Shown: positions 1 to 6,521 of the stretch, in pieces
How positions within the stretch are numbered: position 1 is the first letter of the stretch
Layout of the letters: each line of letters opens with the position of its first letter
Origin: a virus
Lineage: Duplodnaviria; Caudoviricetes
Length of the DNA: 64,000 bases
Direction: 5' to 3' (one strand)
Virus record (IMG/VR): IMGVR_UViG_3300033273_000313
Location: 2,025-66,024 of that record
Notes under the pieces: model-generated
Database searches by the model: none
Told to the model about the DNA's origin: nothing
What the model saw: only the letters and a program-made list of their open reading frames with translations
Translations under genes and position numbers: made by a program

Positions 1-213
1 CGTAAGTTATACTTGTTCTTCAAAGGTGGATCTAGTTCACTCAAGCAAGCAAAGCGTGAGTCTCTATTCATTCAGATGTTGGAAGGACTACAAGAGTCTG
101 AAGCTCAGGTTCTTATTCTTGCCAAGGACAAGAAACTTCAGAAGAAGTATAAGATTACTAAGGCGTGTGTCGAAGAAGCATTTCCCCAGATTCAATGGGG
201 AGGTCGTTCCTGA
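1..213 (+). CDS. conserved cyanophage hypothetical protein, 5' truncated by window edge
   Basis: Open frame runs from the window start to TGA at 211-213, which overlaps the next ATG. Confidence 0.7.
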   Translation, partial: RKLYLFFKGGSSSLKQAKRESLFIQMLEGLQESEAQVLILAKDKKLQKKYKITKACVEEAFPQIQWGGRS

Positions 214-461
214 TGGGGAAAGGTTGTAAAGTTTTACACTCCGACTGTGATCCAACACTGGCACAAGATAGATCTCTGCCATACACAGCATTCCTAGTTG
301 AGTATTCTCAAGATGGTATGACCAAGTTTGATATTGTCATTGCTGCTAAGAAGGTAGATATCTTTGATGATTATTGGGATAAATATAGACATGACTTCAG
401 GAACATGACACAAACTGAAGGTAGAGTCAACCCTAAACTTTGGAGTCCACCCAAAAAGTAA
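213..461 (+). CDS. hypothetical protein (MGKGCKVLHSDCDP...)
   Basis: ATG at 213 overlaps the upstream TGA; GGAGG about 10 nt upstream. Confidence 0.7.
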   Translation: MGKGCKVLHSDCDPTLAQDRSLPYTAFLVEYSQDGMTKFDIVIAAKKVDIFDDYWDKYRHDFRNMTQTEGRVNPKLWSPPKK

Positions 462-463
462 CT

Positions 464-760
464 ATGATTGAACCAAGTACACAAGAACAAAGAGCTATCC
501 TAGAAGTTGTTCCTTCTAAGGCACAAACTTTTTGTATTCTTTTTTGGAAAAAGGACGAAGGTCTCAAAGCAAACAAGAAAGTTCTGAGAAGGATTAATTC
601 TAATGGAATTCCTATCTCTACCAAAAAATATTCTGAGGTGTTTTTCTATATGGATGTGAGACATACTTTGGTTCATGCTCAGTGGTTGCTAAAAGCTGGT
701 TACGATGTCAAGATTCATAAGTGTAATAGAAAGGGTAACGATAAGTTCTGGTTGACATAA
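464..760 (+). CDS. hypothetical basic protein
   Basis: ATG at 464 follows the previous stop; its stop overlaps the speD start (TAATG). Confidence 0.65.
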   Translation: MIEPSTQEQRAILEVVPSKAQTFCILFWKKDEGLKANKKVLRRINSNGIPISTKKYSEVFFYMDVRHTLVHAQWLLKAGYDVKIHKCNRKGNDKFWLT

Positions 761-1092
761 TGGGTGATCACTTTTTATTAAACCTTTATGGGTGTGACGT
801 AGAGAAGTTAAATAACGAAAAGTTTATAGTTGAAATGTTTGAGCAGGCAGTCGTCGAAGGTAAGATGACTTTGCTCAATTTAATGACACATAAGTTTGAA
901 CCACAAGGTATTACAGCAGTAGCACTGTTAGCAGAGTCACATATTTCTATACACACTTGGCCTGAAGCGGGGTCTTGTGCTGTGGACGTTTATACATGTG
1001 GCACAACAGGTCGCCCACGCTTAGCATGTGACTATATAATTAAAGAACTAGGGTGTTCCGACCCTAGAGTCACTCATGTTAAGAGATTATAA
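760..1092 (+). CDS. speD: S-adenosylmethionine decarboxylase proenzyme (auxiliary metabolic gene)
   Basis: G-x-H at N-terminus, HKFEPQG, LAESHISIHTWPE autocleavage motif and DVYTCG; SpeD/SpeH family. Confidence 0.93.
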   Translation: MGDHFLLNLYGCDVEKLNNEKFIVEMFEQAVVEGKMTLLNLMTHKFEPQGITAVALLAESHISIHTWPEAGSCAVDVYTCGTTGRPRLACDYIIKELGCSDPRVTHVKRL

Positions 1093-1113
1093 ATTGTATT
1101 GAATAATACAATT
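1092..1113. promoter_or_regulatory. putative NtcA-binding palindrome (TGTA-N8-TACA)
   Basis: GTA(1096-98) ttgaataa TAC(1107-09) within the longer inverted repeat AATTGTATT/AATACAATT; abuts the -35 box. Confidence 0.65.
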
Positions 1114-1140
1114 GACGATTTCTATATATTAAGGTAGAAT
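1112..1140 (+). promoter_or_regulatory. sigma70-type promoter
   Basis: TTGACG-17 nt-TAGAAT; predicted start at about 1147 coincides with the 5' end of the riboswitch-like RNA. Confidence 0.8.
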
Positions 1141-1158
1141 ACTACCATCGTTCATCTT

Positions 1159-1359
1159 ATGCTCAGCGTTCTGCTGGCATTGACCCTTGCCCATCATGCC
1201 GACGACTCACCCTACGGGTGGCATATGTCGTGTGAAAGGTTCTTACAACAGAGGATTGAAATCCTTATGGATGACAATCTAGACAGACGATCCAAGTATA
1301 ATCTTCTAGGTTATCTTAGATCGAAAGTAGAAGGTCAATGTGACGGAATGTTTACATAA
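1159..1359 (+). CDS. small protein with hydrophobic N-terminus and two Cys, nested in aptamer 1
   Basis: 66-aa ORF; paralogous residue pattern to 1395-1562. Confidence 0.7.
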   Translation: MLSVLLALTLAHHADDSPYGWHMSCERFLQQRIEILMDDNLDRRSKYNLLGYLRSKVEGQCDGMFT

Positions 1360-1394
1360 GACGCAAGTAAGTCGCGGAACGGAGCGTTCATCCC

Positions 1395-1562
1395 ATGATT
1401 GAATTACTACTGTATTCAACGCTGGCATGTGCAGATGCTGATGCTTTAATCCTTGGGATTCAAAAGCATGAGAGTCTGAAGCCAGAGTGGAAGTTAGAAC
1501 TGGTCGAGACCGTAAAGGATTCTGTACCAGAATGTGACTACTACTGGGACGCAAACGACTGA
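1395..1562 (+). CDS. small two-Cys protein (55 aa), nested in aptamer 2
   Basis: Read manually: MIELLLYSTLACADADALILGIQKHESLKPEWKLELVETVKDSVPECDYYWDAND*; GGAG upstream. Confidence 0.65.
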   Translation: MIELLLYSTLACADADALILGIQKHESLKPEWKLELVETVKDSVPECDYYWDAND

Positions 1563-1602
1563 AGGAACGGGGCTATAAATCCCATCCTTTAGGAGACCTA
1601 CA

Positions 1603-1767
1603 ATGAACACACTAAACATGATCCGTAATCAGATCAAGAAGCAAGCTGCTCTTCATGATGCTCAGATTGCTGTCACCTCTTACCGTGGTGTCCGCTATGA
1701 GTGTCGGCAGAACGGTGAAGAAGTACACGGTACTTTCTGCTATCGTGGTCACACTTATAACAAGTGA
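1603..1767 (+). CDS. DUF4278-like small protein (two YRG motifs)
   Basis: Read manually: MNTLNMIRNQIKKQAALHDAQIAVTSYRGVRYECRQNGEEVHGTFCYRGHTYNK*; strong AGGAG RBS at 1591. Confidence 0.8.
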   Translation: MNTLNMIRNQIKKQAALHDAQIAVTSYRGVRYECRQNGEEVHGTFCYRGHTYNK

Positions 1768-1772
1768 TCGCC

Positions 1773-1865
1773 ATGTTAGCTCTACAAGTAGTTGGACTAA
1801 CGTCCCTAGGTTGTGTGGCTTTTATTGGTATGATCTACGGAGAACTTCTACTTCTTCACAAGTAG
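1773..1865 (+). CDS. 30-aa single-transmembrane peptide
   Basis: MLALQVVGLTSLGCVAFIGMIYGELLLLHK*; lies between the DUF4278-like gene and the terminator. Confidence 0.55.
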   Translation: MLALQVVGLTSLGCVAFIGMIYGELLLLHK

Positions 1866-1881
1866 TAGATATAACAATCTT

Positions 1882-1912
1882 AAAGGGAGGTCTTGACGAC
1901 CTCCCTTTTTTT
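1882..1912 (+). terminator. rho-independent terminator with an embedded sigma70 promoter
   Basis: GGGAGGTC-ttgac-GACCTCCC followed by a T7 run; also TTGACG(1893)-17 nt-TATAAT(1916). Confidence 0.85.
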
Positions 1913-1941
1913 GTGTATAATTGATAAAACTGTACACATAT

Positions 1942-2118
1942 ATGGACAGACAAAAACTCAAGTTGATCGTCAAGAACCTGGAGCTATTAGTTGACAGTTT
2001 GAAGTCGGAAGTTTATTCAGACACAGAAGCTTACCGACCCAAGTTAGAACTACAGCAAGACGCCAGCAAGTTCGGATTTAAATACGATGAAGGAGACGAC
2101 GATGGATACCCAGACTAA
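1942..2118 (+). CDS. conserved cyanophage hypothetical protein
   Basis: MDRQKLKLIVKNLELLVDSLKSEVYSD...; follows the promoter at 1893-1921. Confidence 0.75.
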   Translation: MDRQKLKLIVKNLELLVDSLKSEVYSDTEAYRPKLELQQDASKFGFKYDEGDDDGYPD

Positions 2119-2413
2119 CCAACCACAATCACTCAAGCAATACATTAAGTGGCTACGCCAAGCAGTTGAGAAAGGTCACTTGTATGACAGCGAAGAGTAT
2201 GCTAAAATCAAAAAGGAGTTGTATCAGGCACAACAACTTCGTAAACTAATACAAGCCAAAGAACGTTCACACTATGGATTCGGATACATCAATGAACCAG
2301 TCACCAGTCAGGTTGATCTCAGTGACTCCCGAAGCGGAGAAGACGATGGGGTACGTAGCGAGAGTATCGAACCCCAACAATCAGGAGAATCCGAAGGTAG
2401 CGGGGCTGCTTAG
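2102..2413 (+). CDS. hypothetical protein (3' end overlaps thyX)
   Basis: AGGAG RBS before ATG 2102; helical N-terminal half. Confidence 0.6.
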   Translation: MDTQTNQPQSLKQYIKWLRQAVEKGHLYDSEEYAKIKKELYQAQQLRKLIQAKERSHYGFGYINEPVTSQVDLSDSRSGEDDGVRSESIEPQQSGESEGSGAA

Positions 2414-2933
2414 TTACTGTATCAAGCACAACCACTGGTCTGTGTTCGAGCAAGCGTTCATGACCCTGGAGATCTCTACTACCAGGGCAATAGCAGCTCA
2501 AATCCTGCGTCATCGTAGCTTCACATATCAAGAGTTCTCTCAACGGTATGCTGACAGTTCTATGTTGGCAGAACAAATCCCTCTATTTGATCTTCGTCGT
2601 CAAGACGATAAGAACAGACAGAATTCCATCGATGACATCGATGATTTTACCAAGCAACAGTTTGAGATCCTAGTTCAGAAACATTTTGCTGAAGCAATGG
2701 ATCTCTATCAAGAGATGCTTGCTAAAGGAATTGCTAAGGAGTGTGCCCGCATGGTGCTTCCCCTAGCAACTCCAACCAAAATCTATATGTCAGGATCGGT
2801 CCGTAGTTGGATGCACTATATAGATCTACGGAGTGCTCATGGCACTCAGAAAGAACACATGATCATTGCTGAGGCATGTCGTGATATCTTTAAAGAACAG
2901 TTCCCTATTTGTGCTGAAGCACTGGAGTGGTAA
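2292..2933 (+). CDS. thyX: flavin-dependent thymidylate synthase
   Basis: RHRSFTYQEFSQRY ThyX motif, HWSVFE, KECARMVLP; alternative start at 2274. Confidence 0.97.
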   Translation: MNQSPVRLISVTPEAEKTMGYVARVSNPNNQENPKVAGLLSYCIKHNHWSVFEQAFMTLEISTTRAIAAQILRHRSFTYQEFSQRYADSSMLAEQIPLFDLRRQDDKNRQNSIDDIDDFTKQQFEILVQKHFAEAMDLYQEMLAKGIAKECARMVLPLATPTKIYMSGSVRSWMHYIDLRSAHGTQKEHMIIAEACRDIFKEQFPICAEALEW

Positions 2934-3172
2934 TGCCTACATATCCTGTTAAACATAAAGAGACTGGAGAGACCAAGGAACTCCACATGACCATGAAAGA
3001 ATACTGTGCCTGGAAGGAAGAGAATCCTGACTGGGACAGAGATTGGTCGAAAGGTTGTGCTGGTGTCGGAGAAGTCGGAGACTGGCGTAACAAGATGAAC
3101 AAGACTCACCCTGGTTGGGGTGAGCACATGAAAAAAATTGCAAACATGCCTGGTTCAAAAGTAGAGTGGTAA
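2933..3172 (+). CDS. small conserved T4-like cyanophage protein (FmdB-like N-terminus MPTY)
   Basis: TAATG coupling to thyX; usual position before phoH. Confidence 0.75.
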   Translation: MPTYPVKHKETGETKELHMTMKEYCAWKEENPDWDRDWSKGCAGVGEVGDWRNKMNKTHPGWGEHMKKIANMPGSKVEW

Positions 3173-3175
3173 CTT

Positions 3176-3925
3176 ATGCCTAGAGGAAGAAACAAAGCTC
3201 CTGGAGCAAAGATGTCTGCCAAGCAGATGAGACGGAAGAAACCTATCAATGAGGACTATCTCCTCAAGGTAGAACCGTTGACTGAGAATCAAACAGTAAT
3301 GTTCGATGCCTATGAAGCAGGCAAGAATCTGTTTGCTTATGGTTGTGCTGGTACAGGTAAAACATTTGTTGCTCTGTACCTAGCACTACGTGATGTTCTC
3401 AGTGAGGTTACACCTTATGAGAAAGTATATCTTGTACGTTCACTAGTTGCTACGAGGGAGATTGGTTTCCTTCCTGGCACACACGAAGATAAAGCATCTC
3501 TATACCAAATTCCTTACAAGAATATGGTAAAATATATGTTTGAGATGCCTGACGACAACTCTTTCGAGATGTTGTATGAGAATCTTAAAGCACAAGAGAC
3601 TGTATCTTTCTGGTCTACATCATTCCTCCGTGGTACTACACTGGACAATTCCATTGTTATCATTGATGAATGTCAGAACCTGAACTTCCACGAACTTGAC
3701 AGTATCATCACCCGTTGTGGTCAAGATACTAAAATCATTTTCTGTGGTGATGCTCGTCAGTCTGATCTCCAAAAGTCTAATGAACGTACAGGTATCATTG
3801 ACTTCATGAAAATCATTCAAAGTATGGAAGAAGACTTCCAGATGGTAGAGTTCGGCATCGAAGACATTGTTCGCTCTGGTCTCGTCAAGAACTATCTCAT
3901 TGCTAAACTTAACCTAGGATTCTAG
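3176..3925 (+). CDS. phoH: PhoH-family ATPase
   Basis: GCAGTGKT Walker A, IGFLPG, FLRGTT, IIDECQN, GDxxQSDL, IVRSGLV. Confidence 0.96.
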   Translation: MPRGRNKAPGAKMSAKQMRRKKPINEDYLLKVEPLTENQTVMFDAYEAGKNLFAYGCAGTGKTFVALYLALRDVLSEVTPYEKVYLVRSLVATREIGFLPGTHEDKASLYQIPYKNMVKYMFEMPDDNSFEMLYENLKAQETVSFWSTSFLRGTTLDNSIVIIDECQNLNFHELDSIITRCGQDTKIIFCGDARQSDLQKSNERTGIIDFMKIIQSMEEDFQMVEFGIEDIVRSGLVKNYLIAKLNLGF

Positions 3926-3926
3926 T

Positions 3927-4616
3927 ATGCTCTTTAATCATGTGGGGATTGATAATCCTATTGAGATGAACACAGTTACAATCGATGGGAAGAGATACTA
4001 TGTTACTCCAGAGGGTAACAAGTATCCCTCAATCACTACAGTGATTAGTAACAACTCCAAGAAGCAGAAGTCACTTGCTAAATGGAGAGCAAAAGTTGGT
4101 AAAGAGAAAGCACAGGGTATCTCTACTCGTTCAGCGACTAGAGGTACTCGCTACCACAAATTGGTAGAAGATTATCTCAACAACGAACTAGACAAGACCA
4201 AGTATAAGGACATGCCTTTGCCTTGGTTCATGTTCAATACATCTCAAAAAATCCTGGACCGTATAAATAATATATACCTACAGGAAGCAGCACTCTATTC
4301 AGATGTGCTAAAAATCGCTGGTCGTGTTGATTGTATAGCAGAATTCGATGGAGTTTTATCCATCATTGACTTTAAGACATCAGTGAAACAAAAACCTGAA
4401 AACTATCTACTGGACTACTATGTTCAGGAGTGTGGCTACGCTTGTATGCTTCAGGAGTTGTATGGAATTACCGTACAGCAATTGGTGACTATTGTAGCAA
4501 CGGAAGAGGGAGACCCACAGATCAGTATTGTGTCCCCTAAAAAAGAATATCTAATTTTGTTACAAGAGTACATCCAAGAATACCAAGACAAACATGCCGA
4601 AAAATCTGGAGGATAA
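3927..4616 (+). CDS. PD-(D/E)XK exonuclease
   Basis: YPSITTV, RGTRYH, AGRVDCIA...IIDFKTS, QxxxYA. Confidence 0.9.
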   Translation: MLFNHVGIDNPIEMNTVTIDGKRYYVTPEGNKYPSITTVISNNSKKQKSLAKWRAKVGKEKAQGISTRSATRGTRYHKLVEDYLNNELDKTKYKDMPLPWFMFNTSQKILDRINNIYLQEAALYSDVLKIAGRVDCIAEFDGVLSIIDFKTSVKQKPENYLLDYYVQECGYACMLQELYGITVQQLVTIVATEEGDPQISIVSPKKEYLILLQEYIQEYQDKHAEKSGG

Positions 4617-4839
4617 ATTTATGACAACTGCGAGATTTTCGCAGGAGGTGGAGAAGGTAGCATTTGAAAACGAAATGAATTACATTGATGCTATTGTATT
4701 TTACTGTGAAAAAAACGAGATTGAAATTGAATCCGTTCCTAAACTAATTAGCAAACCACTTAAGGAAAAACTTAAGTATGATGCCCAGAAGTTAAACTTC
4801 ATGAAGAAAACGAGTCGAGCTAAGTTGTTACTACTATGA
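4594..4839 (+). CDS. gp33: late promoter transcription accessory protein gp33
   Basis: YIDAIVFYCEKNEIEIESVPKLISKPLKEKL signature; upstream of gp32. Confidence 0.9.
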   Translation: MPKNLEDKFMTTARFSQEVEKVAFENEMNYIDAIVFYCEKNEIEIESVPKLISKPLKEKLKYDAQKLNFMKKTSRAKLLLL

Positions 4840-5180
4840 GTAATTTCTTCCAGTCAGAAATGGTACGTGGAGATCTGCAGGAGATGGCAGAACTCCAACG
4901 CTTCTGCTTTCAATCTGCCCATGCTTTTCCTGTCCTCAGTGACAAGAAGAAGATGGAATACTTTAACGTGCTTGAAGAACTGATTGAAAAGCAGAAGATT
5001 TTTAATGCTAGGTTGAGTCTTAGTGATGATCCTGAAGCAAAAGAGATGGTACAGTCCATGAAGATGGCTGCTGTCATGCTCGGTGGCGATGCCAATAAGT
5101 CCATCGGTGAGATCTTCGACGACCTCCTTGAGAAGGTTGCCATGATGAAGTCCGCTTTAAAAAGTGGCACAGGGGATTGA
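4836..5180 (+). CDS. conserved cyanophage/cyanobacterial protein (DUF1825-like)
   Basis: FFQSEMV...RLSLSDDPEA motif; sits between gp33 and gp32. Confidence 0.7.
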   Translation: MSNFFQSEMVRGDLQEMAELQRFCFQSAHAFPVLSDKKKMEYFNVLEELIEKQKIFNARLSLSDDPEAKEMVQSMKMAAVMLGGDANKSIGEIFDDLLEKVAMMKSALKSGTGD

Positions 5181-5206
5181 CTCCCGACCCTGTGCCAGTG
5201 TATTAT
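5165..5206 (+). promoter_or_regulatory. sigma70-type promoter of gp32 with an inverted repeat
   Basis: TTGACT-18 nt-TATTAT; TGGCACAGGG/CCCTGTGCCA inverted repeat spans the -35 box. Confidence 0.7.
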
Positions 5207-5261
5207 GTATGAGTGGTAGGGATCACACAACCATAATCCGAAACAATCCGAGGAAATCCGA

Positions 5262-6137
5262 ATGTCATTTGCAGATCTTAAGCGCAAGTCCCAGAACAAC
5301 TTCCAATTCCTTCAGAAGGAACTGGAGAAGTCCAGCACCGAAAAGACTGGTGCCGACGAACGTCTCTGGAAGCCCGAACTTGACGCTAGCGGTAACGGTT
5401 ATGCCGTCATCCGCTTCTTGCCCGCTCCTGAAGGGGAGACGGTGCCCTGGGCAAAGGTCTACTCCCATGCCTTCCAAGGTCCTGGTGGGTGGTTCATCGA
5501 GAACTGCCTGACCACGAAAGGTGACAAGTGTCCCGTCTGTGTCCACAACAATGGTCTGTGGAACAGTGGTCATGAGAGTGACAAGGACGTTGCTCGTAAG
5601 CAGAAACGTAAACTGTCTTACTACAGCAACATCTACGTGGTGAAAGATCCCAAGAACCCCGAGAACGAAGGCAAGGTCTTCCTGTATCGCTACGGTAAGA
5701 AGATCTTCGACAAGATCATGGCAGCAATGCAACCTGAGTTCCAAGACGAGACTCCCGTCAACCCCTTTGATCTCTGGGAAGGTGCCAACTTCAAGCTGAA
5801 GATCAAGACTGTTGCTGGTTACTGGAACTATGACTCCAGTGAGTTCGATCGTGTCGCTGCTCTGTCTGCCGACGATGATGAACTCGAAACCATTTGGAAG
5901 CAAGCATACTCTCTCGAAGAGTACACTTCCGACAGTCAGTTCAAGTCCTACGATGACCTGGAAACCCGTCTCAATGCTGTGCTGAACGTTGCTCCCCGAG
6001 TGGCAGCAGATCAGCAGGAGGAAGATTTCGATCCTATTCCTACCGAGACCTCTTCTTTCCGTGAGAAGATGACTGCTAACACGTCAGACGATGACGATGC
6101 TCTGTCCTACTTCGCTGCTCTCGCTAACGACGACTGA
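5262..6137 (+). CDS. gp32: single-stranded DNA-binding protein gp32
   Basis: DERLWK, GNGYAVIRFLPA, Zn-binding H/C residues (CLTT..CPVC), acidic C-terminal tail. Confidence 0.97.
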   Translation: MSFADLKRKSQNNFQFLQKELEKSSTEKTGADERLWKPELDASGNGYAVIRFLPAPEGETVPWAKVYSHAFQGPGGWFIENCLTTKGDKCPVCVHNNGLWNSGHESDKDVARKQKRKLSYYSNIYVVKDPKNPENEGKVFLYRYGKKIFDKIMAAMQPEFQDETPVNPFDLWEGANFKLKIKTVAGYWNYDSSEFDRVAALSADDDELETIWKQAYSLEEYTSDSQFKSYDDLETRLNAVLNVAPRVAADQQEEDFDPIPTETSSFREKMTANTSDDDDALSYFAALANDD

Positions 6138-6211
6138 TGAGATGGAACTATGAGAGGGTCTGCTTGACCCTCCTAGTCATCGCCACATACTACAGTTTGC
6201 TTTTTAAATAA
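6137..6211 (+). CDS. 24-aa hydrophobic peptide
   Basis: Translationally coupled at both ends (TGATG and TAATG). Confidence 0.45.
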   Translation: MRWNYERVCLTLLVIATYYSLLFK

Positions 6212-6327
6212 TGGATGTAGTTCACGCTTGGAATTCTATGTCCTACGGGGAGGGGTTCCTCTTCTCCCTGTGGGTCATCGGAATGTATTACATTAAACTC
6301 CGTATGGATCGGTACTTCACCCGATGA
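6211..6327 (+). CDS. 38-aa membrane peptide
   Basis: MDVVHAWNSMSYGEGFLFSLWVIGMYYIKLRMDRYFTR*; coupled to both neighbours. Confidence 0.6.
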   Translation: MDVVHAWNSMSYGEGFLFSLWVIGMYYIKLRMDRYFTR

Positions 6328-6521
6328 AAACATTTGCTTCGGTTCTCTTTCATCCACTCACGTTGATGAACTTTATGATCTGTGGGTCTCTTGGTATGAT
6401 TCAACTGGTCCACACCAAGGCACACTACACACTGGAGCAAGACGTTCATAGTCACGTCAGTCAAGCACTAAAAAAGAACCCAGAGCTAGCACGTTCTACC
6501 TGTTGGGAACTAGAAGATTAG
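6324..6521 (+). CDS. small membrane-anchored hypothetical protein
   Basis: ATGA overlap with the previous gene; N-terminal hydrophobic helix. Confidence 0.65.
   Translation: MKTFASVLFHPLTLMNFMICGSLGMIQLVHTKAHYTLEQDVHSHVSQALKKNPELARSTCWELED

Larger units (their letters stand above)
1147..1570 (+). ncRNA. tandem glutamine-riboswitch-like (glnA / Downstream-peptide class) aptamers with ORF-sized P2 loops
   Basis: Unit 1: ATCGTTCATC(1147)...GACGCAAGTAAGTCGCGGAACGG(1360-1382). Unit 2: GCGTTCATCCC(1384)...GGGACGCAAACGACTGAAGGAACGG(1546-1570). CGTTC/GAACG P1 pairing in both; possible pseudoknot AGTCG(1370-74)/CGACT(1556-60); lies upstream of a DUF4278-like gene. Confidence 0.75.

Noticed and set aside
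1655-1924. 89-aa ORF listed in the track
   Set aside because: Overlaps the better-supported DUF4278-like ORF (1603-1767, strong RBS) and runs through the terminator.
2292-2413. Overlap of ORF 2102-2413 with the thyX 5' end as functional dual coding
   Set aside because: The overlapping tail is low-complexity and is most simply explained by loss of a stop codon; no further support.
3927-4616. Cas4-like nuclease suggesting a CRISPR locus
   Set aside because: No repeat-spacer array or other cas genes; this exonuclease is a core T4-like cyanophage gene next to phoH.
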